NCBI RefSeq assembly: GCF_000012285.1
Contig: NC_007181.1
Span: forward strand, 1,800,001 to 1,832,000
Length of the DNA stretch: 32,000 nucleotides
Source of the DNA: Sulfolobus acidocaldarius DSM 639
GTDB taxonomy: Archaea; Thermoproteota; Thermoprotei_A; Sulfolobales; Sulfolobaceae
Direction: 5' to 3'
Positions 9,383 to 18,506 of the stretch are shown in pieces. Position 1 is the first letter of the stretch. Each line of letters opens with the position of its first letter. Under the pieces are notes generated by a model. The model had not been told where the DNA came from and did not search any database. It saw only the letters and a list, made by a program, of their open reading frames with translations. A program made the translations under genes and the position numbers.

Positions 9383-9966
9383 AGGCTAAGGTACTACGGT
9401 AGTGTTGTCTTCTAAAAAGCTGATGATAAAAATTATACTATACTTATTGATCATTTAAACACCATTCAATGTCCCCTATACCAAGTTACTTATCTCTTGC
9501 TTCTACTCCATGATACTCTCCCACTAATCTTTCAATGGGAGTTGACCGGGTTAGTTCTAAAACTCCAAGAGGTCAGTAGTACAAGGTCTCTTCGCAGATA
9601 AGCAAGGCGAGGCTTCATCATCGTAACTACTTTCAAAGTGTAGCTTTAAAGTTTACTAACCTGGTTTAGAAACCATGATAAAACCTGTGTTTGTCTTTCC
9701 ACGGAATTGAAAAAGTGAAATAATAATTTCTCATAACGTATTTGGAATTGCTCGGAAGAGTTAGTCAATAAGTAAATTAGTTTTAAAGACCTTCGTATAG
9801 GTTAGGGAAGGTATACTATTCACCTTCTTAAGTGTAAAAATTAAATCATTTAAATACCTTAATATACTCAATTATAAAGATTTTGAATAAAAAGTTTGAA
9901 AAAAGGAAAGTTTCTTAAACATTACTAGAGCTGATCAATCCGCTTTCATCAATCCCACTACTCGAG

Positions 9967-10347
9967 TTACTCCACTTTTTTGAAAACCACCTCCCTACTT
10001 ACATCACTAATTTGAACAAGTATCTCACCCTTAGTCGTTAGCCTAAACATCTCCCCATCCTTCTCTAGATAACGCTCTTTCACCAACCTGTTTACCCTCC
10101 TCCAAGTAGTACTAACAGGCCTACCTATCTTCCTAGTTATGTCCTTAATCCTCACATAACCCTCCTTTATTGCCTTTAAAATCTCCATGTCACCAGGCTC
10201 AAGATCAGTCCTGACTGTGTCAGATAGTCTCCGAGTCACAACACCCTGTTGGTTCTCAGCCTCAACCTCTATGTCAGCCTCTAAGCATAGTAATAGAAAA
10301 ACTGAGAAGATCTCGAAGTTAACTACCCTCATTCCACTCGATTCCAT
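9967..10347 (-). CDS. Winged-helix (MarR/ArsR-like) transcriptional regulator
   Basis: ILKAIKEGYVRIKDITRKIGRPVSTTWRRVNRLVKERYLEKDGEMFRLTTKGE reads as helix-turn-helix plus wing. The true start may be an internal Met. It is divergent from the membrane-protein gene. Confidence 0.6.
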   Translation of the reverse strand: MESSGMRVVNFEIFSVFLLLCLEADIEVEAENQQGVVTRRLSDTVRTDLEPGDMEILKAIKEGYVRIKDITRKIGRPVSTTWRRVNRLVKERYLEKDGEMFRLTTKGEILVQISDVSREVVFKKVE

Positions 10348-10422
10348 GCTTACACTCTTGACTACTTAAAAACTCAGGCTCACAACCTTAGAGTAGATAT
10401 GTGAAAAACAAAGTGTCTAAAA

Positions 10423-10956
10423 TTGGCCAACTTCTTGATAAAGGGTAAAGCTTTATACTCCTCAATAGTATATAACCACATGGACACAATCTACGACTCA
10501 ATTAAGAAGTTGAGGGATGGAGTGATATTCGCCCTACTCGGAGTACCAATCTACCTCTTAGCTGTCTTCTTGCTCATAGTGGGCATATTCATGGCTCCCA
10601 CTAGCCTTAATTCCGCGTCCCTTATAATCGGCATTAGTGTATTGGCGATTGCAATAATCGCTATTGGGCTCACCAGGCTTTACAACGGCTTTGTGGGGCT
10701 CACACCATACATGAATAACGTAGGCTTAGGTAAGATAGGGACTTTACTGCTGGTAATACCCGTAGTGAACGCCTTTGCTACAATACTAATAGGAGTTGCG
10801 TTATACCAAGTTGGGGAGAAGTTCCAGAATGGTCTTGTCAAGATAGGTGGGATCCTAGGTGCAATACCACTTGGCATTACTACGCTTGTGGGCTTCTTAC
10901 TAGCTTACGAAGGGTTAGGGCAGTTACTGAAGGAGTTTGAGAGAAAGAGTAAATAA
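10423..10956 (+). CDS. Integral membrane protein with about 4-5 predicted TM helices (177 aa from a TTG start; alternative ATG at 10480)
   Basis: It has long hydrophobic runs (VIFALLGVPIYLLAVFLLIVGIF, LIIGISVLAIAIIAIGL, LLLVIPVVNAFATILIGVALY, ILGAIPLGITTLVGFLLAY). Confidence 0.6.
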   Translation: MANFLIKGKALYSSIVYNHMDTIYDSIKKLRDGVIFALLGVPIYLLAVFLLIVGIFMAPTSLNSASLIIGISVLAIAIIAIGLTRLYNGFVGLTPYMNNVGLGKIGTLLLVIPVVNAFATILIGVALYQVGEKFQNGLVKIGGILGAIPLGITTLVGFLLAYEGLGQLLKEFERKSK

Positions 10957-10980
10957 GTAGAGTGTCTTATGACCTTGACT

Positions 10981-10990
10981 ATTTTTTCTT
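10981..10990 (+). terminator. T-rich tract downstream of the membrane-protein gene (possible archaeal terminator)
   Basis: ATTTTTTCTT lies 25 nt after the stop at 10956 and is followed by a C9 homopolymer at 10997-11005. Confidence 0.3.
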
Positions 10991-11005
10991 CAGTATCCCC
11001 CCCCC

Positions 11006-11094
11006 GTATATGTTGACAACAATTTTGTTATCTTAACATAAATTGAAATTGTTTCCACTTATGATCAAAAGACAAGTGTTTTTAGTGTGAGGGC
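11006..11094. repeat. Copy B of the ~88-bp repeat (inverted relative to copy A), with a shorter related fragment at 11246-11276
   Basis: The alignment is described under copy A. The fragment CGGCATAAGTTAAAATTGAATTTTATGGAGG (11246-11276) matches the central CGGCATAAATTGAATTT....TTATGAGG part of reverse-complemented copy A, with indels. Confidence 0.55.
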
Positions 11095-11357
11095 GAGGAT
11101 TAATAGGAGGCGAGGGAAGGTGTATACGTTTGATCTCCTCGCATAAAAGCTGACGTGCTTAACACTAACGAGCATGGACTAACACAGAACTCAAAGAGAG
11201 ACACGAGATGGTTAAAGACAATCTTCGTAGTAGAATAAGACCTAACGGCATAAGTTAAAATTGAATTTTATGGAGGCTAATGAAAATGTTACCCATACAC
11301 AAAGAGTTTGCCAGAAGTAGTCACGTTTTTCGCGTAATTAATCTACGTCCTTAACTG

Positions 11358-11669
11358 CTACACATTCTCTACTCTTTTGACTAGATCTTTTAGCCTCACC
11401 CAGTCCTTATCGTTACTGATGACGATGGCCTTAAGTCTCCTGGCGATTATAGCGTTTATTGCTTCGCTAAGGTTTACGTCCCTCTCAAACATTATTTTGA
11501 TACCCTCCTCGATGTCACTAAATGTAACTTCTACAACATTGTTTCTAATTTGAGATAAGACCAGGTTTAGAAACTCTATGTAACCTTTAGCCATTGCTTT
11601 TTCACCCTTTCTGAGGAGTTCAAGGTATTTATTGCGTATTACTGAAGCCATTTCTATCACAGACACCAA
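11358..11669 (-). CDS. Small PIN-like protein, possibly N-terminally defective (103 aa, TTG start)
   Basis: The C-terminal AINAIIARRLKAIVISNDKDW resembles the PIN distal acidic motif (..A.A....ND.DF). The expected N-terminal Asp (..VGDSLVSVIE) lies upstream of any canonical start codon. Confidence 0.35.
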   Translation of the reverse strand: MVSVIEMASVIRNKYLELLRKGEKAMAKGYIEFLNLVLSQIRNNVVEVTFSDIEEGIKIMFERDVNLSEAINAIIARRLKAIVISNDKDWVRLKDLVKRVENV

Positions 11670-11690
11670 GCTGTCTCCAACACAAACTCT

Positions 11691-13045
11691 CTAGGACTGA
11701 AAGAACTCGAGCTCCCTCACTATAGTAACCTTTAACATAGCTGAAAACAGTGGAATTGGTATAGTTCTATCGTCTAAAGTATCTTTGCTTATGAAGTAAA
11801 ACTCCTTAACCTTTCCCATTCTCACTACTCTACCCTTCGCTCTGTTATACTTTACCCCTAAGCCCACTAACTTATCACCCTCCCTAAAGGCTACGTCAAC
11901 TTCGTCTTGGACAGTTTTCAAATAATGCACGTCAAAGAGTCTTGCTAGATGAGTTACTGCTACAGCTTCAGCTAGCTTAGTGTCGTCAGGAATTTTAGTC
12001 ATAGTCCATTTAGAGAATGCGTTATAGAGCATGGGGTCTATAAAGTAGAACTTCTTTCCTCAGTAAGGGCACTCCACTGTTAGGGTCAATAGCCTCAACT
12101 GCTTTCAATAGAAAGAGCTTTTCTAGTAGTTCAACGTAACTAATTGCGGTCTTCACTGTACCAACACCAAAATCTCTTGAAAGCGTGTGAAAGCTGAAAG
12201 TACTGGAAGCCCTCTCTATTATGGCTTTAATAGTAATTTTGAAGAACCTCTCACTCCTCCTCAGCTTGTTAATATCACTTATGATGAAACTTATCATATC
12301 TGATGCTGTAGTTAGACTAACATTCCCTGTTAAAAAGAAGTCCTTTACTGCGTTAGGAAATCCTTCAGTTAAGAGATAACTCTCGAATAACTTGTTGAGG
12401 TGTGGTAGGTAAGCAATGTATCTGGAGTGCTATTTTATCGCAAAGTCTAGGTCACCCTGGGGTATGTGGACACCAAAGAGCTTAACGTACTCTGAGAAGG
12501 GTAATGGATACATTACCAGAATTTTTCCTTTACCCCTTCTACCTGGGAATTTCTCGATCTCTACCTTAGCCTTCATTGATAGTGAGCTTGTAAGTATTAA
12601 AACGTCATTTTTGAAGTCTCCTCTGTCAATTCGTAACTTTATTGCTCTATACCACTCCTTGGGAAAGGTCACCTCGTCTAGTAATATATACGAGGTTCTA
12701 ATTTTCTCCCTTTCCTTTAACCTCAAGTAAGCTGAAAGTATATCATCTAGTTCTTTATAGTCTACTAATTTATCACAAGAGAAGTAAAAGATTGCCCTCT
12801 GGTTGTCAACCTTGTCCAACAGCTCTTTGATTAAAAGGATAAGTGCTGTTGACTTTCCCACTTGCCTAGGACCAAACAAGAAGTTTAATGAAAAAGGCTA
12901 TAAAGATAAGTCAAGATCGACGTCCCACCTTACTGGAGAATTCTCATAATTTTTTATAGTACTCATTGTTCTTAACTAGATCTTTAGAAACCCACAAAGG
13001 ATTAAACTCTTCGATTATTTTTGTGTAATTAGACTCCACAAACAT
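11691..13045 (-). pseudogene. Shattered paralog of the COG1373 AAA+ ATPase (ORF fragments 12430-12879, 12022-12297 and 11691-12032, plus an N-terminal piece from ATG 13045)
   Basis: The N-terminal piece reads MFVESNYTKIIEEFNPLWVSKD... and then stops. Walker A LFGPRQVGKST and Walker B ILLDEVTFPKEW are present. An in-frame TAG at 12430-12432 is followed in the same frame by HSRYIAYLPHLNKLFESYLLTEGFPNAV. There is a frame change near 12022-12032. The C-terminal piece reads DEVDVAF...LGVKYN. Confidence 0.7.
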
Positions 13046-13649
13046 TTAAAAATGCTGTTTACTCAAACTCCACAAGTATTTAAAAGAATAATGTAATAAA
13101 GCTATAGAAGACCACAGGGAATATTATACTGTATTCTTAAGGGGGAATAGCGTTGCAAGGTGATTTAAATCTTACAAAATGTGGAAGGCCTCGCTTATGG
13201 CAAGAAGATAGCCAGTTCAAGGCTTAAAGGCTTCTTGATCCCAGAGTCTGTCAATAGAGTTTCCCTAGACATCCCGCCTGCACCTTAGGGTAGCGATTCA
13301 TCTCTAGTGCTAAAGTGCTCTTGAAAAGGGTTTAAGCTGATGCTGATTTGTATAATCTAACGCTCTTTTGTTTGTTTGTGTTTTAAGGTGAATGGTCCTC
13401 TATTTGGTTTTAGTTCTCATCTAAAACCGAGTTTTTTATTTAACTATATATTAAGTTAACAAGGAAATAGTAGCTGTTTGATTACAGTTATATTTAAGGT
13501 TTTTGCTAAAATATTTTTAGGATGTCCTTGCTTGTTGAAAGTGTAATATTATGGTTTATAAGCAAATTATTATGAAGATTTTAGATAGAAAGCTGGTGAA
13601 TTATAAAGCATTTAGAGTTAAAAAAAAGGAGAACTAAAATAATATAAAT

Positions 13650-14243
13650 GTGAGAGTTATGCGGGTAAAACTAGTAGATCAAAAAGAAATATACAAATGT
13701 CTGAGATCTGCATTCTTTCTAGCTATGGTAGTGGTAACATTCTTATTGTCTAATAATGGATTACTCGTAGTTAGCGCAGATCATTATGGTCCAAATTCAG
13801 TAGGAGCAAGAATGAGTCATTACACGATAGGTTATTTAACAGGACGAGTGTGGTTGACCGTAGGGTTTGATGTATATGTAAGTAATGGCGAAATAAACTC
13901 TTTCACGTGGAATTTAGGACCCTACGGAGGACAAGGTTACTTTTATTTATTTATAATTAGTTCAGTATCATTAGGAGCCGTAACAATGACAGGCTCAGTA
14001 TCGCAATCTCAAGCTTCTATAGCGAGTTCGGTTCCATTTGAAATCGACGTCTCAGTATTCCTTCCTCTTTTACCACCTTTACAGGAAACAGTTAAAGGTA
14101 CTCTATATGATAACATATATTATAACACTATTGACCCGACTCATGCCACCGTGTATTACGGAACAAATACTAATGAGGACAGTTATTCATCCAATACAGC
14201 GTTTCAGCTACCTGTAACCATAACTTTAGACTTCTCGGGTTAG
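13650..14243 (+). CDS. Secreted or membrane-anchored protein of unknown function (197 aa; start uncertain, GTG 13650 or ATG 13659)
   Basis: The N-terminal hydrophobic segment AFFLAMVVVTFLLSNNGLLVV is followed by beta-rich, Ser/Thr/Tyr/Gly-rich sequence. It is the first gene of a tightly packed four-gene cluster. Confidence 0.5.
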   Translation: MRVMRVKLVDQKEIYKCLRSAFFLAMVVVTFLLSNNGLLVVSADHYGPNSVGARMSHYTIGYLTGRVWLTVGFDVYVSNGEINSFTWNLGPYGGQGYFYLFIISSVSLGAVTMTGSVSQSQASIASSVPFEIDVSVFLPLLPPLQETVKGTLYDNIYYNTIDPTHATVYYGTNTNEDSYSSNTAFQLPVTITLDFSG

Positions 14244-14247
14244 ATAG

Positions 14248-15237
14248 GTGAATATGGTGAAAGTGCTTAAGATAAGTATTTTTCTAGTATTATCAATTAT
14301 TTTATTAGTTATTAGTGTTATTATTAGCGTAGTCCCATTACTTATGTATTACTATGGAGTTTATATGAAAATACCTTATGGCTCTTTAGTGCCTGGTGCA
14401 AAATTCATATATAATGGGACTAATCTCTTTTCAATTACAGATGGAACATTTATCAATGGTGGCTCTGTGCTTTTAAACATTACTTTTCTAGGAAATAATA
14501 CGATAAGAGTAGATGAATTTTTCCCTAACTTACAAACTGATTATCCGTTAAAGCCTGGGCAATATAATTCTGACCAGGTGAACTTCACGATAAAAGGAGC
14601 AGGAGAAAACTACCGATATGCGATTGAAGTTCACAAAGTAGTTAAAGATCCAGCTATATTTAACATAATATTTCCTTCCCCCAATGTAAATCCAAAGTTT
14701 CCAGAGGTAATTAAAATATATAATACCACGGTAGGGAATTTCTCTTATAAAACTGCTTTAAATACAAGGTTTGATACATACAACGTACATGGAATGTATA
14801 TTACGCCTAACACGATTAATGGTAAGCCCGTGATAAATATAACACCTTTTAACCCGATAGGGTACTACTTATTAGCAAGCAAACAAGCAGCACTACAGGT
14901 GGTAGAGTTTAATAACCAAAACTTTACAGCTGCCACTAACCCTCCTGAGTATCTAATGGTACCGCTTAACGTAAGCAAAGATTTTTCCTTATTCTTGACA
15001 AATCTCCTGTACAAAGGATTACCTTTCTACGACTCCTTACTTAAGGCTATCGAAAACGGGTCAAGGTCGTTTGTAGACATCAGATTTAGTGTTGTCAACT
15101 CCAACGTTAAACCCTATATAGTAATAGACTATCAGCTCTTAGTTTACGGTTCATTGCTTGTCTTCCCAATAAACGCTATCTTATTTTACACTGGTGTTAT
15201 AATGATTATCCTCTACATCAGGAGGAGGCTTAGATGA
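14248..15237 (+). CDS. Bitopic extracellular protein with N- and C-terminal TM anchors and many N-x-S/T sequons (329 aa)
   Basis: The N-terminal TM is ISIFLVLSIILLVISVIISVVPLLMYYY and the C-terminal TM plus basic tail is LLVFPINAILFYTGVIMIILYIRRRLR. There are at least 10 N-x-S/T sequons (NGT, NIT, NNT, NFT, NTT, NFS, NVS, NGS ...). It begins 4 nt after the upstream gene ends. Confidence 0.6.
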   Translation: MNMVKVLKISIFLVLSIILLVISVIISVVPLLMYYYGVYMKIPYGSLVPGAKFIYNGTNLFSITDGTFINGGSVLLNITFLGNNTIRVDEFFPNLQTDYPLKPGQYNSDQVNFTIKGAGENYRYAIEVHKVVKDPAIFNIIFPSPNVNPKFPEVIKIYNTTVGNFSYKTALNTRFDTYNVHGMYITPNTINGKPVINITPFNPIGYYLLASKQAALQVVEFNNQNFTAATNPPEYLMVPLNVSKDFSLFLTNLLYKGLPFYDSLLKAIENGSRSFVDIRFSVVNSNVKPYIVIDYQLLVYGSLLVFPINAILFYTGVIMIILYIRRRLR

Positions 15238-15240
15238 AAC

Positions 15241-16053
15241 ATGATCCTGGTGTCCAACGGTTTAACAAAGGTCTTAGGAAAGCGGAAAGCTCTAGATAAC
15301 GTGAGTTTTAAGGCTGAGGGGAAGAACATTGTAGTATTGGGTCACAACGGCTCAGGAAAGACTACTCTCTTGAACATAATTTCAGGCTTACTTAGACCAA
15401 ACTCAGGCAACTTAACTATAAACGGCATAGAGCCCTACAGGCATAAGGGAAGTGTACTGAAGCTACTTTCCTTCTCCTTTGAGAAGCCCAGATTTGAGCT
15501 CAACATGAAGGTCAGGGATTACTACTCCTTCTTGAAGGAGTTTGAAGACTCTGACTGCATGGAGTTCTTTTGGGAACAGTTGGACATGAAGTCCTTGGCT
15601 AACAGTCACATTAACGACCTTTCGAGCGGACAGACACAGCTTATAAACATGTCACAAGCTATATGCAGAAAAACTGAGATTAAGGTGCTTGACGAACCGT
15701 TCGCACATCTAGACCCCATGAAGGTTGGGTTACTGGGTGAGTACTTATTAAAGAGGGGCTTCGAGTTCGTGATAACCACCCATGTAGCTGATGAGGCAGA
15801 CTGGTTAGCCGACTACCTAGTAATACTGAGGGATGGAAAGCTAGTATGGAGTGGGTCTTATGAGGAAATAAAAGACTCAAATATATACGAGGTCTTCGTG
15901 AGGTACAATATGACTGACCTGGGTCTTGAAGTTTTATCCAAAGTTCAGAGTGTCATGGTAGTTAAGTCCACTGAGGAACAACTGAGCAGGATGCTTAAGG
16001 AGGGAAAGATATTAGGTTTTAAGAGTATAGGGGTGAGGAGATATTATAAGTAA
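15241..16053 (+). CDS. ABC transporter ATP-binding protein (270 aa)
   Basis: Walker A is GHNGSGKTTLL, the signature is LSSGQTQL, Walker B is KVLDEPFAHLD and the H-loop is ITTHV. It starts 3 nt after the preceding stop. Confidence 0.9.
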   Translation: MILVSNGLTKVLGKRKALDNVSFKAEGKNIVVLGHNGSGKTTLLNIISGLLRPNSGNLTINGIEPYRHKGSVLKLLSFSFEKPRFELNMKVRDYYSFLKEFEDSDCMEFFWEQLDMKSLANSHINDLSSGQTQLINMSQAICRKTEIKVLDEPFAHLDPMKVGLLGEYLLKRGFEFVITTHVADEADWLADYLVILRDGKLVWSGSYEEIKDSNIYEVFVRYNMTDLGLEVLSKVQSVMVVKSTEEQLSRMLKEGKILGFKSIGVRRYYK

Positions 16054-16156
16054 GTTATGGTGGTACTTTAAGGGACTATTTTCCCTTAAGCTCATAGTAC
16101 CAATCTACCTGTTCACATTCCTGGGAGAGTATTCGATATGGAACTATTTCTTCTTA

Positions 16157-16741
16157 ATGTCTAACGAAAAGCAAACTGGAATGGTATTCCTAATGAATCT
16201 TATCATCTTTAGTAACTTCTTGATCCTTGTATCTGGAGCTATTCACATTTTTAGGTCTAATGAGCTAACTGCCTTTGAAATCTCGCTTTTGGGAAGCTGG
16301 GATATTTTGTCGATAGGACGTATGATATCTCTCCTAATTTACGTTGGCTTCTACGCGATAATACAGTTAACGTTTCTCTACTTCATCCTAAGAGATATCC
16401 AGTTACTGCTGGAAGTACTATTCTTCTTACTTAACTATTCTGTCCTCTTGTTACTTACCTCTTTGGTCAGGAATAAAACTGGTGCCACAGTATTAGGGTT
16501 GTTAGTTACCATTCTGTTTCCAACTGCATCATTAAACCTAGTCTCAAATTACGAATATATATTTAGGACTAAGATGGACATGGCTATAGGCTCAATTAGC
16601 TTTTACCTCAACCCCATGTCATACAACCCATTGGTATACCCAATAACATTATCTCAAGCATTAACAATGAGCGGGGTACTAGATTTCCTGCTAACAGTAA
16701 TCTACTTAATCGTGTTCAGGAATACGCAAATAAAGACGTGA
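16157..16741 (+). CDS. ABC-2-type permease (194 aa as listed; the coding frame is open from 16037 and encodes an additional N-terminal TM helix)
   Basis: There are five hydrophobic helices in the listed ORF. The same frame upstream reads KLWWYFKGLFSLKLIVPIYLFTFLGEYSIWNYFFL with no ATG/GTG/TTG, whereas the ATG at 16057 is one frame off (ATG GTG GTA CTT T|AAG...). Confidence 0.7.
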   Translation: MSNEKQTGMVFLMNLIIFSNFLILVSGAIHIFRSNELTAFEISLLGSWDILSIGRMISLLIYVGFYAIIQLTFLYFILRDIQLLLEVLFFLLNYSVLLLLTSLVRNKTGATVLGLLVTILFPTASLNLVSNYEYIFRTKMDMAIGSISFYLNPMSYNPLVYPITLSQALTMSGVLDFLLTVIYLIVFRNTQIKT

Positions 16742-17054
16742 AACCAGAATCTTTTAATCTTTCAGCAAGGCAACAATTATTCTCCTTCAACTGATTTCCT
16801 CCCCGCCATAAGGCAAGGCTTTCATTAATTTGTAAGAAAAACGCTCTTTCACTATAAACCTTCTTGTGATATACCAAGGGAATTATGAATAGCTCATTAT
16901 CCTAATGTCACTATAAGGCAACTCCAGAATAACATAGATTTGAGGGACACAGAGATCTCAATGCGAGAGTAAGAGTCTGAGTAGGAAAAGGAGCTTCTTT
17001 GGTCAATGTGAGATATTCTAGAGAGACATAAGGACTGAGGTTACTACACTACGC

Positions 17055-17479
17055 TTACACTATAATCTTCAGGTTAATCCCATTTTCATCAAGGACATCT
17101 TTTGCTTTTGCAAACTCCTTGTCAGCTGTTACAAATTCCTTTACTCTCAGGAGAATATCGTAGGAGACGTGTAATAAGTCTAACGTCCTTAACTTTACTC
17201 TCTGAGAAATAATTAGTGAGACTGCGACTACACTTCTTACCTTTCCCAGATAGGGCATCTTCACATAACTATCGTCAGGGCTTGATACTGTCAGGTTGAA
17301 GTCATTAATTACTTTGAGTACATAAGGTAAGGGGTTATCGTTGATGTTCCTTGAGAGATAACTCGTTAGTTCCACCAACCCTGGCTCTGATATTACTCCA
17401 CCACCTATATGCTCCTCTAAAGCAATAGGTCTTCTTTACTTATGGCTAGTACAATCACACTAGTGTCGAGATATCTCAA
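17055..17479 (-). pseudogene. vapC: VapC (PIN-domain toxin) with a frameshift between 17417 and 17435
   Basis: The N-terminal piece runs from the TTG at 17479: LRYLDTSVIVLAISKED..stop. It continues in another frame as PIALEEHIGGGVISEPGLVELTSYL... to ...LRTLDLLHVSYDILLRVKEFVTADKEF (PIN distal motifs). The start overlaps the vapB stop in a TTGA overlap. Confidence 0.65.
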
Positions 17480-17742
17480 AACCTATCCCTTTCTTTGAGG
17501 AGTTCCTCAAGTGGCTTATCTATGAAGACCTCTACCCTTTTCTTTTTCAAATCCTCATATTTCCTTATTATTTCCCTCCAAAACTTTAACTCATCCAGTC
17601 CTATCCTGATTACAGTATTCAGTGCCTCATTTCTAGAGCTGAATATACCTAACGTTATTAGTTCATCGATCTTCTTTAACACCTCTGTATCGATCCTTAT
17701 GGTGACAGTTTGAATTTCCATAGTGTACTGTAAGAAGTACAC
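17476..17742 (-). CDS. vapB: VapB-type ribbon-helix-helix antitoxin (probable start at the MEIQTV Met, 17721)
   Basis: MEIQTVTIRIDTEVLKKIDELI..SRNEALNTVIRIGL is a CopG/RHH pattern. The gene sits immediately upstream of the PIN gene with a 4-nt overlap. Confidence 0.65.
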   Translation of the reverse strand: MYFLQYTMEIQTVTIRIDTEVLKKIDELITLGIFSSRNEALNTVIRIGLDELKFWREIIRKYEDLKKKRVEVFIDKPLEELLKERDRF

Positions 17743-18506
17743 TCAAATAAACCTTACACGACTGTCCTTTATTTCTAGCTGGTAAGGGTGGAGATCTAAT
17801 TCTTTATTTACATCTGAGGGGCAAACAAGTCTACAGATATATGTTAAGAAATATTACGTTAGTTTAAAACTAAGTAATAATAAGAGTGTTCTCAGATAAA
17901 CTCTCCTCAAATAAGTTCTCTGAACACTTACCTGTCAACTTTTACTTAGGGCAATTTAACACTCATTTCTCTAATGTAAAAGTCAAAAACTCTCTTCTTC
18001 CTCGGTAATGAATTAATAACATTCATTCATTTAGAGGTTAACGACATTATGGCTTATTTTCCGGCTAAGGTTTTAGCCCTCATTTAAAGATATATATTGA
18101 GTCAATTGTCAGCGAATGGATCGGATACTGATTTCCTCTACTACAATAATCAGGGTTACCTCCTCGATTCTCTGACATATGCCTAGTCTGAGAGACATTA
18201 TTAGACTGATAGTCCTGATTCTAATCTCACCCTTTAAGTTTCCTCCCTGCCCATCAACTGAGAAAAATAAAAGAGAGAAGTTTATATACTTTCCTACCAC
18301 CAGGGCGAGGTTTTCCCCATTTTGTTACAAGTCAGTTGCTTTCATTAGTAGTAGTTACAAAGATTGACATTAAAGGTCTAACATAATATTTTTAAAGCAC
18401 TCATGGTTTGCCCATGCTATATGTGTTATTGACCTTTTGCGTACTATATAGTCGTAAAACCTGTACGAGTTTAATTAAGCTTCAGAGTTTTAGGAATGAT
18501 GTCTTA

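Noticed and set aside
10187-10877. ORFs 10187-10369 (+) and 10680-10877 (-)
   Set aside because: They are antisense to the wHTH gene and the membrane-protein gene respectively and have no motifs, so they are shadow ORFs.
12416-12730. ORF 12416-12730 (+), 104 aa
   Set aside because: It is antisense to the Walker A/B-bearing fragment of the COG1373 pseudogene.
15680-15880. ORF 15680-15880 (-)
   Set aside because: It is antisense to the ABC ATPase gene.
17495-17713. ORF 17495-17713 (+)
   Set aside because: It is antisense to vapB and has a low-complexity Ser/Phe-rich product.
18109-18367. ORFs 18109-18300 (-) and 18179-18367 (+) in the 17743-18506 intergenic region
   Set aside because: They are mutually antisense and short, with no motifs or start context. 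I have no support for either.
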